From Mobula birostris (lineage: Eukaryota), in assembly GCF_030028105.1 (NCBI RefSeq), contig NC_092397.1, positions 32,703,097-32,767,096 of the forward strand: a DNA stretch of 64,000 nucleotides, read 5' to 3'. The position numbers and the translations under genes are program-made. Under the pieces are notes generated by a model. It was not told where the DNA came from, made no database searches, and saw nothing but the letters and a program-made list of their open reading frames with translations. Shown piece by piece: positions 1 through 12,575 of the stretch (positions are counted from its first letter, which is position 1; each line of letters opens with the position of its first letter).

Positions 1-990
1 CTACCGAGACTGAATATAAGGTGTTGTTCCCCCTTCCTGAGTGCGGTTTCACCTTGACAGTAGAGGAGGCCATGGACGGACATATCAGAATGGAAATGGG
101 ACGTCGAAATAAAATACGTAGCCACTGGGAGATCTTGCTTTCTCTGGCGGACAGAGCGTAGGTGTTCAGAGAAACGGTCTCCCAGTCTGCGGCGGGTCTC
201 AACAATATATAGCAGGCCACACCAGGAGCACCGGACGCGGTATATCACCCCAGTCGACTGACAGGTGAAGTGTCGCGTCACCTTGAAGGACTGTCGGAGG
301 CCCTGAATGGTGATGACGGAGGAAGTGTAAGGACAGGTGTAGCACTTGTTCCGCTTATAAGGATAAGTGCTGGGAGGGAGATCGGTGAGGAGAGATGTGG
401 GGAGGGGGGACGAATGGAGAAAAGAGTCGCGTAGGAAGCAACCCCTGTGGAAAGCAGAAAGAGGGGGAGGAAAAATGTGCTTGGTGGTGGGATCCATTTG
501 GAGGTGGTGAAAGTTACGGAGAATTATGTGTTGGACCCGAAGGCTGGTGGGGCAGTAGGTGAGCAGAAGGGGAACCCTATCCCTAGTGGGCTGGCGGGAG
601 GATGAGGGTGACAGCAGATTGTGTGACATGGGAGAGATGCGTTTGAGAGCAGAGTTGATGGCGGAGGAAGGGAAGCCCCTTTCTTTAAAAAAAGGAAGAC
701 ATTTCCTTCGCCCTGGAGTGAAAAGCCTCATCCTCAGAGCAGATGCGGCGGAGACGGAAAAAGTGCGAGAAAGGGATGGCAATTTTGCAAGAGACAGGTT
801 GGGAAGGGGAATTGACCAGGTAGCTGTGAGAGTCTGTAGGCTAATATTAGACATCAGTACATAAGCTGTCTCCAGAGACAGAGATAGAAAGATCAAGAAA
901 TTAGAGTGAGGTGTCGGAAATGGACCAGGTAAATTTGAGGGCAGGCTGAAAGTTGGAGGCAAAGTTGATGAAGTCAATGAGCTCAGCATG
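1..990 (-). mobile_element. Penelope-like element (PLE) fragment: RT C-terminus/thumb plus GIY-YIG region, degenerate
   Basis: Minus-strand translation gives PTDSHSYL...IPFSHFFRLRRICSEDEAFHSR...FFKERGFP, typical of PLE RT thumb. The 1-430 part is homologous to the GIY-YIG fragment at 21960-22400. Confidence 0.85.
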
Positions 991-1151
991 GGAAATGCCT
1001 GCTTGCATTTACCGGATCTCCGTGACTTCATGTGGTGCAAAGGTGATCTGTACAAAAGAGAAGGCTTCACTGAAAGGGGGTGGTGGTCGGTATCATGAGG
1101 CTCATTGCTGCTTTCTCCATCGCATTTTTTTCTGACAAACGATTATCGCAA

Positions 1152-1311
1152 TTTGCAAACAAGAGAAAATCTACAGACTCTGGAAATTCGAGCAACAAAC
1201 ACAAAATACTGGAGGAACTCCGCAGGCCAGGCAGCATCTATGGGAAAAAAAAGTTCTTCTTCCATAAATGCGGTCTGGCCTGCTGAGTTCTTCCAGCAAT
1301 TTGTGTGGGTT
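1152..1311. mobile_element. Short PLE-derived element, inverted (hairpin) form, ribozyme core deleted
   Basis: Arms caacaaacacaaaatactggaggaactccgcaggccag...ctggcctgctgagttcttccagcaatttgtgtgggttg. Flanked by gattatc(g/a)caa at 1141-1151 and 1312-1322 (TSD). Confidence 0.75.
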
Positions 1312-1499
1312 GATTATCACAAGTAATAGTCTGTAATTTCCCTTTGGAACTGAAGACAATTCGATGTGGCAGAAACATCGCAAGGTGGCGGATCCTTCGC
1401 TGACAGAGAGGAGATCACAAGCTTTGATCGATGTCAGCGCCGTGCCGAAGGCCAAATGGAGGTGACGAGGTTCGGGAAAGTTTCAGTCTGTTTTTCACT

Positions 1500-2310
1500 G
1501 TGGTAACAATGTTAGAGCTGTGAAGGGAGCATTGGGCTGAACTGCCCGGAGAAATCACAGTTGCCAATGGAACTGCTTTCAACGATGGTATTAAATTTCT
1601 TAAAATGGACTGTATGAATTTTCAGCTCTGAAGCTGCTTCATGAGGATGAGGGTGAAGTCTGTTATTGCAACTACGGGGTGATGGGATCAGATTTAGGTA
1701 ACAATACCTGTGTCACCATTGATATCACAACTTCTGTTAATGGCACTTACAGAATCGGCTGGCAAGCCGACTGTATTTGTTGTCCCAGGGTATCCCCTTT
1801 CTATTTAAATGGTGTCCCTGGTCTGAACAAACGCTGTCAGGGGGTTATTACAATTTGGCGAAGGTAGTACCAAATACATACCATCTGCCAGCGTTGAAGG
1901 CTGAAGGAGACTGAGCAGCGTTACTGGATTGCAGCGTTCCTGTTCTGGGGACCCACCAGACTGACTCGTGAGAGGATCGGTATGGCCCCAGTATTGCAGT
2001 AATTGGCTAACGACACAGCCACAGTGCGGATATAAGTCTGAACACCAATGACATTATCACAAAATGGCAGCAAGCTGCAAAGTTGCCTCTCAAGCCTGAG
2101 CAGCATTAAACGTTCTGTTGTCTGAGAGCGAAGATAGCTGTGCCATCATTGGCCTGGAATAATGGACAAACATCCTTGATGTATCTGAAAACATCACCAA
2201 CTTTAGCCGTGTGGATCCCGTTGGAAGCTGTTAAGGGTAAGAATTTTGGCCCGGAGTTACATACGACTCTATTATCACCTTTGGGACCTATAATTGACTT
2301 CAATCCCTGC
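1500..2310 (+). pseudogene. env: Degenerate endogenous retrovirus env (gamma-type SU/TM), copy 1
   Basis: Cys- and N-glycosylation-rich SU-like frame (NGTAF, CYCNYG, NNTCV, NGTYRIG, CICCP). From 2064: MAASCKVASQA*AALNVLLSESEDSCAIIGLE*WTNILDVSENITN, a decayed immunosuppressive domain plus CX6CC region. Confidence 0.75.
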
Positions 2311-3023
2311 TAGGAAGTTTGTGCAACTCCAGTTGCTGATATTAAACCTTGTTTTAATTTCTTGCCTGACAGCACTCTGCGGCGTGATGGCCCAAAGAAC
2401 GGCTGCCTACATTGTTGTTCAGCAACCCTCCTCTTCAGGATAGTCGATGACAGGATCACTGAGGAGACCTGAATTCTCTGGACAATTCAACTGCACCCAC
2501 AATCCATGTTGTCCTTTACAGAACGAAAGGGAAGTGGGAGGCGCTACAGCAAGTCAAGTTAACGTAGCGCCTTGGCAGGGAAAGTTCACAGATAACGTGC
2601 AGTCAACCTCAGCAAGAAAGGTCTTTGTAAAGTCTGATTTCCCTTTGCATAGCAGGGGACTGGAGTTATTTTGCGCAGGAAAACAAGATGAGGATGCAAA
2701 TGACAGTCAATGTTCGTTAGCGACTTTGCTAAAGTGGTGCGAAAATGCGGGAGTTGATAGCTGACAACTAAAGGTACGGTTTAGTGTGCTCGGAGTGATG
2801 GACTCAGCCGCTGAGTGTAACAACGAACGTTGCGAAATACAGAATCTCCCAGGGAGATTCGAAGAAACTGTCTGAACACGTCTCTCTTTCTTCTTGGAAG
2901 ATTCTACCATTCCGAGCTCGCAGCAGCAAGAGATTCCATCTTCCCAATGAGCGCTGAACTGATCACTTCAATGCCAAATTATTTGTTCACATTTCTTTGT
3001 GTTTTGAGCAGCAAAATCAGCGT

Positions 3024-3095
3024 CTCCCCGTCGGGGAATTGAATCCCGGTCTCCCGCGTGACAGGCGGGGATACTAACTACCATACTAACGAGGA
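3024..3095 (-). tRNA. tRNA-Asp-GTC: tRNA-Asp(GTC), probably impaired
   Basis: 72-nt match to vertebrate tRNA-Asp, but with A14G and G18A in the A box/D loop and G53A in the B box relative to the 20032 copy. T4 terminator just downstream. Confidence 0.85.
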
Positions 3096-3557
3096 ATTAC
3101 TGTTGATATGTCATTTCAAGCACGTATAAAATCACAAGACGGTGGATAGTATTACCTTGTTGTTTGTTGAGTGTAATATTGGAGTCATTGTCCTTCCCAC
3201 AGAGGTGTCTCAGTTTCCTCCAGCGATTCAGTCACCATTGTGTTCAAGGATTAGCGAAAGAAAATACTCTCATTCGATCTCATCTCCGTCTTGTTGAAAA
3301 GTAATGCGACAGGGCGGAAACGATGTGTAGCTCTTCGAATTTTGAAGGGATCATTCTCACTTCAGTCAGATTCCGTGCGAATTACTGGGAGTTTTGTATC
3401 TCCGGTCTGTAGGAAGATATCGCCATCAACTGGATATAACAGGAACTGCAGCGCAGTGAGGAATCAGAGTGAAGTGACCAGATTCAGAAAGCAGCTCGAG
3501 CCACAGTCATGCACCCCTGGAGACGATTCAGGCCCAAGCCTCCTGCAGAATGATGGC

Positions 3558-3627
3558 ACAATGGTGATATAATGGTGAACATAGCGCTCTTACAGAAAAT
3601 TGACGCGTGTGATTTCCAATGCTCGCA
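3558..3627 (+). pseudogene. tRNA-Gly pseudogene (left palindrome arm, unit 1)
   Basis: acaatggtgatataatggtgaacatagc...ttgacgcg...ctcgca aligns with the tRNA-Gly at 30647-30718. It is divergent from tRNA-Asp, as in the right arm. Confidence 0.65.
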
Positions 3628-4555
3628 GTTAGCAGAGTTTTCATCTTTCATCGAAACTATCAGAAATAAACTCTTCATAGAACCCGATCTGCGCAGACTT
3701 ATTTCAGCCGATTGGTCAAACGCTGCTAAATCGCGTACGAATTCCAAAAATTGTTTATATCCATGATTGAGTATAAAGTTATTATTCACCCTGGGCCTGG
3801 CCAGTCGATCAAGGATGGATTTCCTATCTTTCACATTTTCTCGATGAACCGACCAGTGCAGCTTCCTGCTCTCACTGTAACCCAGACTCCCACAACAAAC
3901 TAAAACGCATCAAAACATGTCTGATGATCTGTTTACCCTGAGTGTGTCATTCTACACACCACTCAATCTGCCTATCCCTGTGGGATCCCTCTCCCCACCC
4001 TCTCTCTAGTACACGATTAAATTAAACCCTCCTTTATTGTGATTAACATATGTAAGATAGAATCGCAGACTCATGCCACCCTGAAACAGGCCTTTCGACC
4101 CACCACGTCCATGCCGACAATCAAGAACCAATCTCACCAGAGGAAAAGAAAAATCAACTCACTTACGAACTGATTTATTGCCTTCAGTGCTTTGATGGTT
4201 GAGGTGTTTGCCCAGACAATTCTCTAATGTTCTGAGTGTATCTGCCTCCGGCATGGGTTCCAGTTTCCAAACACCATCTTCATGAAATTCCTAATCTGAT
4301 GCTGTCTAGGTTTACACACGTCAGGACATTTTACCAGCATTCAGATAGGCCCCGGCTAATTTGATATGACCTACAAAGATCTCCGTCACCTCCAGCACTC
4401 CATGGAAACAACCGCACTCTATCCAGTCTCGGTTTACACTGGAACTCTCCATCTCAGGAAAAATCCTTATGAATATCCCCTGCATTCAACGCTTCAGTCC
4501 GTTTACAGAGTGCGCAGAAGTTTCGATTCTCGAATCCGCGGTAAATTAGACAAGT

Positions 4556-4619
4556 CCTAGGTGGTTTCGACCGAATGGATGACCATGGGCCAAGCACACT
4601 CCCGCTGCGCCACTCTGCT
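4556..4619 (-). pseudogene. initiator tRNA-Met pseudogene (unit 1)
   Basis: Minus strand reads agcagagtggcgcagcgggagtgtgcttggcccat...tcgaaaccac. The 5' half is nearly identical to tRNA-iMet and the 3' half is decayed. Confidence 0.75.
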
Positions 4620-5169
4620 ATTGGCCGAACGTGGTGCTGCGCTGCCCCGTTGTGGACGCTTCCACTTCTTTTATTTTTGCTTATCGGTGTTCTGCTGACA
4701 TCACATCGTTTCCCTTAATAACTGATCTTCGCTGATTTATTCCGCGCCAATCTCTCTGCCCGTGTCTCTCTGTTTTCTTTTCCGTGTTCCCTACCCCCTG
4801 CCCCATCCTGTCCTTATCTCTGTGCTCCGACCCATCCGGAGACCTCGTTCCAGGCATGTCAGCAATGAATATGTTTTGCATTATCTAATCAACACGATTT
4901 CAGTAGCCCTGCTGTCACACATTCTGTTTATCTTCCACTGTGTCTCTTCTGCGTTCTCTCTCTTTGTCTCTGGGCTGATCTTCGGGACAAACATCAATGG
5001 GTCGAACAACAGAGAGCCGAAATGAGCCAAAGGACACTATTTCCTCCTGTCGGTATTTTGCAGCTTACGATGCTTTCACTCACACCTAGGTGGTTTAATT
5101 TAATCAATCCCGAGGTCTCGTTAACTTCTCAGCCCGTTGATGTAATTGATAAATTACACAATGAAATAG

Positions 5170-5478
5170 ATCGCGGCTGATCCCGCTGTTGTGCCTTTCT
5201 GCCTCGTGGGTGTAAAAACCGGGGACCGAGTATTCGGGTCTACTCCGGATGCTCCGGGAGCGGATCTGTTATCCAGTCTGGTTTGGATGCTGTTAGCTTG
5301 CTTCTCTTGTTTGTATGATATGTGTTTCTTTCTCTCTCTTTCTCTGCGCATTGGCTTTTGGTCGGTTTAAAATTGGATTATTCGAGTTTCTTGCCTTGTG
5401 GCTGCTTATGAGCAGACAAATCTCAAGGTGTATAATTTATACCTTCTTTGGTAATAAATGTGCGTTGAATCTTTGAAT
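5170..5478 (+). mobile_element. Non-autonomous retroelement/SINE-like 3' end (second copy about 23020-23325)
   Basis: Ends ...aatctcaaggtgtat...aataaatgtgcgttgaatctttgaatc, resembling the Rex-type tail at 34200-34270. Confidence 0.45.
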
Positions 5479-6845
5479 CCTCTCTCGTTAATAGATTTCG
5501 CCTCTATTGCCTCTGAGAAAGGGAAATCCAAACAACCCCGTTCTCCTGCCTGCACGTAGGGGCCCGTGCTTAAGGAAGGATACCTTTAGTGAACGAGGGA
5601 ACGCGGCAAGTGGTCACGAGACTTGTTCGCTGAGGAGAACTTAAACTCTGTGGGCCGATACTCTCTGGAATAATCTCATTTCTTCACACACTGACGGAGC
5701 CCCACGATTGGGAGTTCTGAAGATGTCCGGCTCAATAGGAAAGCAGTTCAGTCCATGTTGGTGGCAGATGATCAGTCGAATGTTAAGAGTGACCAGAGTC
5801 ACTCAACCAGTAGAATTTCCAATGAACACCCTGAATTCATAAGAACCTACACGAGGAAAGATGGGGATTGATTACAGACGGTTACTATGGATCAGTATGC
5901 AGAAGCTGTGGACTGCAAACAGTCCCGCTTCTCCCCACAGTACATCGGCTGCTCTGTCAATGTGTTCCACATCCCCACTTCACTGTCTGACTATACATCT
6001 TCCTGTTTCACACCGATTCTAAAACTATATAAAAAGAAAGATATCAAAATATTAGTGAGTGTGTAAAGTTCAGTGAAATGGGAGGTAACGTTAATCAACA
6101 TATTAGTTTAAAATAGAAGGAAGCATTTTATCGGAATGGTAAGGTTTTGTCGCCCGCTGACTGTCAACGTGATTCAGCTGGGCGAGGACGTCAATTCCAA
6201 AATGCTTGCTGGCAACCACACACCACGTTCCAAAACTTTGGTTAAGCAAGCAAGGTTTATAGCGAGGAGACCCGAATCCATCAGTAGAGAAATTGTTTTT
6301 TCAATTATGTAGAGACACTACATCTGGAACACCATTCAGAGTACAAGCATTTAAAGAGGTGGTGTTAATCGCGGGAAACGAGTAAAGTTTATTTTTTTAA
6401 AAAATTAAATTAATACCTGTGGTGTGCAACTTGTGTTCTGAAACGAGTTCGAGATATAAGGATTGTATCCTCTGGAATATAGAGCATTAAGAACTTGTAA
6501 CATAATAGATCTAAAATCCTGAGAGGTCTTAACAAACGGGATGTGATGAGACTGGTTCCTCCTGGATAAGAATATAGATTACAGTCACAACAGCCCATTC
6601 ATATGAAATGCTGGAACAGTGGTCCGATGATTCCAATGCAGAGATGACCATTCAAATGAAACAACTGGAAGACCTGTGTCGTCCACTCTCTTTCCTATCT
6701 TCTATGTCCGGAGATAAGGTGTTCCGTTCAGTCCAGTCCTCTGCCACAATCCTGTCCCAGAGAATAAAGCTGCTGGGCTCCACCAATCTTTCCACCTCGT
6801 CGCTAACAGCATCTGTGTCTCACCCAATAGATTCCTCTCCCTAAA

Positions 6846-7520
6846 TTTCAAAGTCGCAAGATTAAATTAAATTTATTACTGAAGTATATACATGTCACCA
6901 TAGGAGCATTCACAGTATATAGAACGAAACACAGGCGAATCAATGAAAGACCGCGCTCAACAAAGACAGCAAACGACAAAGGTGAACAAAACCATAAACT
7001 ACTTAAATACAAGAAGGAAAAAAATAATACTAATAAATAAACATTAAGTGTCGAAAACATAACATTGATAAGTCTTGACAGTGAGTCTCTGGGTTGTGGG
7101 TACAGTTCAGTGTTGGGTAAATGAAGTTGTCCATTCTTCTTCAATAGCCTGATGGCTGAGGGGTGATGGACCTATTGATGGGTTACCTCCTTCCCATTGC
7201 CAGCAGCGAGAAGAGAGTATGATCTGGACGGTCGGGATACTGATTTCCGTGTAGCTGAGCTCAGCGGTGGGGAGGGATTTACCTGTGCTGGACTGGGCTC
7301 TATCCATTACTGTTTGTGAGCGTTTCCGTACAAGGGCATTGTTGGTCCCATGCCAGGTCCTCATGCCACCAGTCAATATGCTCTCCACCGCACACCTATG
7401 GAAATCTGTCAACATTTTAGATGACGTGTAGAGGTGCTGCCGAGCCTTTTCTGTAGTGAAACGTATGTGCCGGGCCAAGGATTGATAATCTGAACTGATA
7501 ACACTGAGGAACTTAAAGTT
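6846..7520 (-). mobile_element. Rex1/Babar LINE 3' fragment (second copy 24697-25378)
   Basis: KARQHLY...MLTDFHRCAVESILTG...TWHG RT C-terminal motif plus ttgaa-type tail. Confidence 0.75.
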
Positions 7521-7817
7521 ACTCCCTCATCCTTCCCTCGCTGATTCTCCTCGTCCCTCAACATCCGCACTGTGCCCTCACTCGGCTTTTCACATAGATT
7601 CCCTTCTCACTTCTTTCATTTCTTGTGCTGAGTTTGCAACTCACTCCCATAACTCCACTTCAGTGATAGTTTAACTACCTCGAAATGTTTTTAGAGCTTC
7701 GTCCGTTGGTGTTTTCACAGGAGCGCCGTCTCTCCAAAGGCATAACACGCTGCCAGGAGGTTATGACCATCGCGTATTTATTAATGTCCACATACAACTA
7801 ATATTAACATAATTCCA

Positions 7818-8568
7818 TACCATAGAAACCATAGAAACTACAGCACAGAAACAGGCCCTTTGGCCCTTCTTGGCTGTGCCAAACCATTTTCTGCCTAATC
7901 CCACTGATCTGCACACGGACCATATCCCTCCATACACCTCCCATCCATGTATCTGTCCAATTTATTCTTAAATACTAAAAAAGAACCAGCATTTACCACC
8001 TCGTCTGGCATCTCATTCCATACTCCCACCACTCTCTGTCTGAAGAAGCCCCCCCCCAATGTTCTCTTTAAACTTTCCCCCCTCACCCTTAACCCATGTC
8101 CTCTGTTTTTTTTCTCCCCTTGCCTCAGTGGAAAAAGCCTGTTTGCATTCACTCTATCTATACGCATCATAATCTTATACACCTCTATCAAATCTCCCCT
8201 CATTCTTCTACGCTCAGGGGAATAAAGCCCTAACCTATTCAACCTTTCTCTGTAACTGAGTTTCTCAAGTCCCGGCAACATCCTTGTAAACCTTCTCTGC
8301 ACTCTTTCAACCTTATTTATATCCTTCCTGCAATTTGGTGACCAAAACTGAACACAATACTCCAGATTAGGCCTCATTCCAGCTCTTATAATCAATACTT
8401 CGATTAATAAAGGCCAATGTACCAAAAGCTCTCTTTACGACCCTATCTACCTGTGACGACCTTTTAGGGAATTTTGTATCTGGATTCCCAGATCCCTCTG
8501 TTCCACTTAACTCCTCAGTGCCTTACCATTAACCCTGTATGTTCTACGTTGGTTTGTCCTTCCAACAC
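7818..8568 (-). mobile_element. CR1 LINE 3' fragment, present only in unit 1
   Basis: RPNLEYCVQFWSP...ERVQRRFTRMLPG...RRRMRGDLIEVYKIM; (ccatagaaa)n tail. The empty site is at about 25665. Confidence 0.9.
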
Positions 8569-8684
8569 TTGTGAGATATTCCTTTGAGAAATGTCCAGGC
8601 CTGTTCGTGTTCAATATCTCCACTGTGTTGTCACATTTTCTCCTTCAGTTTGCCAGCCACTGCGCTTTCAGTATTTAACTTATT

Positions 8685-8685
8685 T

Positions 8686-8727
<42 letters not shown>

Positions 8728-8803
8728 CATCTCTTTGTTTACGTGCCCGTGCGTATGCGTGTCTCTGTTTGTTTACATGCGTGTGCGTGTGTCGGTGTTC
8801 GTA

Positions 8804-8878
<75 letters not shown>
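8685..8878. repeat. (GT)n/(GA)n compound microsatellite (degenerate copy 25780-25907)
   Basis: Directly visible. Confidence 0.95.
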
Positions 8879-9185
8879 TTCACGAACAGATATAGCATCA
8901 ATTTAATGTTTGGAAACTCATTCCCAGACCAAAGAAACAACTCATATCAACAGTCCGCCTCTGGGAGGGAAAGGGTCCCTTTGCTTAATCAAAAAGGGCT
9001 TTAAATTCCATTTTCTGTGGTACGTTTTGGTATCTGTTAATAGCTTTTAGTTGAATTAATCAAACGTAATTTTATTTTTGCAATATAAGAACATTTCTCC
9101 GAATATCTACTTAACAAAAGATTTGGGAAGATGTTATGAGCAAGCAGATTCACGGGTTTGGCAAGTGAGACAGAAGACACGGATC

Positions 9186-9350
9186 AACACACCCAAAATG
9201 CTGGAGGAACTCAGCAGGTCAGGCAGCATTTATGGAAAGGAGTACAGTCGACGCTTTGGGCCGAGACACTTCAGGAGGACTGGAGAAATCAAATGAGGAG
9301 TAGAATTGAAACGTGGGAGAAGAGAGGGAGAAGCCAGGTGATAGGTGATA
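9186..9350 (-). mobile_element. Short PLE-derived hammerhead element, degenerate (copy at about 26195-26385)
   Basis: aaatgctggaggaactcagcagg...cagtcgacgctttgggccgagacacttcaggaggactg. Confidence 0.75.
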
Positions 9351-10081
9351 AGCAGCTGCCAGCGTGTCTTTACACCGTCCCACGTGGGGGAGTTAAAACC
9401 CAACCCTTACTGTATCAGTTACGCAGCTTCGGTGGAGAAATGGAAAAACCGCCCCTCGTTACAGGGCATCAGCGATAGTTCCCACCTCCCTATCTGTCAC
9501 TCACTGGTCCGGCCGTGATGGTCTGAACATGACACCAACAGTTAATCCCGGTGGAGGAAGTGTTGCATTTGAGGGAAGTGCTTGCAGTACATTAATGTCG
9601 CGAGTTCCGCTTCACAATGTGAACTGTTGGTTCAACACTGAAGGAACTCCGACATTCATTCAATCATCGGGACAGGATTAGGAAGTTAACGGCACCTCGG
9701 GATTTAGTCCGCCTTGTGGGTGGAAACGTCGTTTTTTTTTTTAAAGCCTCACAAGTGGGATGAATTGTCCGTCTGAAAAAATAAATAATGTAAAACATAG
9801 TCACTGGTGAAATAGCGGGAACGAGATGGAAGAAAGGATAGAGACTAAACGGCATAGAGATAATAACTGGGTGGACCAGAGAGCAGGGAAGAAAGAAAGA
9901 AAGGTGGAGAAAAAGAGAAAGAGGAGAAACTGGGAATGAACGAAAGAAAGTGAAGAAAGTGGGTATGAATACGGGGAAACGAGGGAATGGACCCAGACAT
10001 ATACAGACCCAGAGATAAACACACACAGACACACAAAGCATAGCACAACATTCACACACAACAATTCTTTGTATTTTCCCC

Positions 10082-10153
10082 AGCAGAGTGGCGCAGCGGA
10101 AGCGTGCTGGGCCCATAACCCAGAGGTCGATTGATCGAAACCATCCTCTGCTA
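10082..10153 (+). tRNA. tRNA-iMet-CAT: initiator tRNA-Met(CAT), unit 1
   Basis: Vertebrate iMet sequence with one T-stem change (gattgatc instead of gatggatc). No T4 terminator immediately downstream. Confidence 0.9.
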
Positions 10154-10274
10154 TTGGCGACAACGTTTATGCATCTTCGTGTTTCAAAACATAAACGTGT
10201 CATATTATGCATCTGTAGAAAGAAACCACATTTCAATTGACATCTGCCATTTATTCGTACTTCTTTGAATTCTC

Positions 10275-10295
10275 GTCTCTGTGGCGCAATCGGTG

Positions 10296-10327
<32 letters not shown>

Positions 10328-10336
10328 CTTCGAGCC
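10275..10336 (+). pseudogene. tRNA-Asn(GTT) pseudogene, 3' acceptor strand deleted
   Basis: Matches the 27764 copy up to ...cgagcc, then lacks cacccagggacg. Also a G>C change in the B box. Confidence 0.9.
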
Positions 10337-10384
10337 AGTGATCAACAGTTTTTTTTTAAATCTCTTTCTCATACAAGAGAAAAT

Positions 10385-10536
10385 GTGCAGCAGCATCTAT
10401 GGAATAAAGTATACGGTCGGTGTTTCAGGCCGCAACCCTTCTTCATGAGCACGAAACAGCCTGGCCTGCTGAATTCCTCCAGCATTTTGTGCGTGTTGCT
10501 TTGATTTCCAGCATCTGCACATTTTCTCGTTTGTGA
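10385..10536. mobile_element. Short PLE-derived hammerhead element, inverted form (paralogues 27895-28041 and 28452-29826)
   Basis: gcagcatctatgg...gtttcaggccg...cccttc followed by the opposite-orientation cctggcctgctgaattcctccagcattttgtg...ccagcatctgcac. Confidence 0.75.
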
Positions 10537-11075
10537 TTCGACTTCTGCACTGTGAAGTCTCTTCCATGGAATTGAATTGAATTGTATTGGGAGAGAACAA
10601 GGTGAAACAATAACAAAATGCAGAATAAACTGTAACAGGGACAGAGAAAGCACGGCGCAGGTAAATAATGAAGTGCAGTTCCATAACAAGGTAGACCGTG
10701 AGGTCAAACGTCCATCCTATCTTATGGGAAACCATTCAATAGACACAACAGTGGGACTGAAACTATCCGTGAGACTGTGATACGTGCTTTCAGGCTTGTG
10801 TACCTTCTGCACGATGGAAGACAGGAACGAGAGAATTTCCGAGGCGCGTTGTGTCTTTGGTCAGGAATCTAACAGACCTCCGTGGTCTAATGCTGTGTTT
10901 TTCATTTAATTTGGGATCCTCGATCATCCTACAAGAGGGACTACCACCATCGTACATGAGGGATCCATCTGAGCCATTAGAGTGAATTTCACTCACAACA
11001 AATTTCCCATGAATTACAGTTCTGCGTTCATAGTGCCCGGTTAGAGGTTATTTTTTAGTATAAAAGTGTACACCC

Positions 11076-11147
11076 GGCAAGGGCCAGGAATCGAACCCGG
11101 GTCAACTGCTTGGGAAGCAACTATGCTCACCACTATACCACCATTGC
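11076..11147 (-). tRNA. tRNA-Gly-CCC: tRNA-Gly(CCC) with TCC-type body, degenerate
   Basis: Anticodon loop TTCCCAA. Acceptor-stem mismatch, C discriminator and other changes relative to the 30647 copy; likely a pseudogene. Confidence 0.75.
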
Positions 11148-11635
11148 CCCATGATGCAAAACAGATACATTGACTGAATGGTTTCTGGTGCTATAAGATT
11201 CTGTTACTCGATTCTCAGTGTTTGAGCTGTTTTCTGAAGGATCATTCCTCACTCTGTTGCAGTTCCTATTCTGACCACTGGATGTCGCGACGTTCCGACA
11301 GACCGGAGAAACACAGCTCCTGAGATCCGACTGAAGGGAGAATCGACCCGAGAGATTCGAATGCTTTCCTGCTTCGCGGATCAGTAAATGAGAAATAAAT
11401 CCTGATTATACATATCCGGTCAGTTAGACGCTAATGTGAACACTTCCTTTGGCCAGTTCTTGAACACAGTAAGTGACTGAATCGCTAAAGAATCCTGATA
11501 CACCACTGATACACAGTGAGAAGGGGATGGGTAAAAAGCGGCAGCTCTACTCTCAACAAACAAACACCAGAGTGACTCTAATATGAACCCTACTAACCCT
11601 GACATCCATGAGACAGATTCCACACTCGTGTTTAT

Positions 11636-11673
11636 TCCTCGTTATTTCAGTGGTCCGAATCCCCGGCGGGGAG
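11636..11673 (+). pseudogene. tRNA-Asp pseudogene with central deletion
   Basis: tcctcgttatttcagtggt joined to ccgaatccccggcggggag; the anticodon arm is missing. Confidence 0.7.
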
Positions 11674-11749
11674 ACCGTTTTCCTGCTTCAAATAGAAACT
11701 GGAAATACAAGAGAAGCTTTCAACGAAACAAATGGGGTTGAAGTATTAG

Positions 11750-12575
11750 ACAACAGACAATAGGAATAGGTGCAGGAGTAGGCCACTCAGCCCCTCCAGC
11801 CAGAACCACCGTGCGCTGTGATCATGGCTGATCATCCACAATCAGTAACTTTTTCCTGCCTTCTCCCCACGTCCCTTCACTCCGTAATCTTTAAGAGCTC
11901 TATCTAACTCTTTTGTGAAAGATTATAGAGATTTGGCCTCCACTGCCTTCTGAGGCAGAACATTCACAGAACCACAAACCTCTGTGTGAAAAAGTTTTTT
12001 TTTCTCAACTCCGTTCTAAATTGTCTACCCCTTATTCAAAAACTTTGTCCTCTGGTTCTGGACTCCCCCAACATCGGGAACATGTTTCCTGCCTCTAACG
12101 TGTCCAATACCTTAATAATCTTATATATTTCAATCAGATCCCCTCTTATCCTTCTAAATTCCAGTGTATACAACCCCAGTCGCTCCAATCTTTCAACATA
12201 CGATGGTCCCTCCATCCCGGGAATTAGCCTCGTGAAGCTACGCTTCACTCCCTCAATAGCTAGAATGTCCTTCCTCAAATTTGGAGACCAAAACTGTCCA
12301 CAATATTCCAGGCGTGGTCTCACCAGGGCCCTGTACAACTCAGAAGGACCTCTTTGCTCTTATACTCAAATCCCCTTGTTATGAAGGCTAGCATGCCATT
12401 AGCTTTCTTCACTGCCTGCTGTACCTGTATGCTTACTTTCAGTGACTGATAAACAAGGACACCTAGATCTCGTTGTACTTCCCCTTTTCCTAACTTGACA
12501 CCATTCACATAGTAATCTGCCTTCCTGTTCTTGCCACCAAAGTGGATAACCTCACATTTAAGCACATTAAACCCC
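11750..12575 (-). mobile_element. CR1 LINE 3' fragment, unit 1 only
   Basis: YRALVRPRLEYCGQFWSP...RRIRGDLIEIYK, MGFNVLKCEVIHFG. Confidence 0.9.

Noticed and set aside
1921-2303. Minus-strand ORFs conserved in both units (also 18937-19319)
   Set aside because: Antisense to the env relic; conservation reflects the duplication.
1500-2310. Domesticated syncytin-like env
   Set aside because: Multiple stops and frameshifts in both copies.
5860-6600. Possible exon or ORF in the palindrome centre (also 23725-24231)
   Set aside because: No recognisable protein; 6250-6600 looks like very old CR1.
8584-9004. Cys/Val-rich ORFs
   Set aside because: Translations of the (GT)n/(GA)n microsatellite.
9158-9478. 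Recurrent short ORFs (MLEELSRPGSIY..., TQNAGGTQQ...)
   Set aside because: Incidental translations of the non-coding hammerhead repeat.
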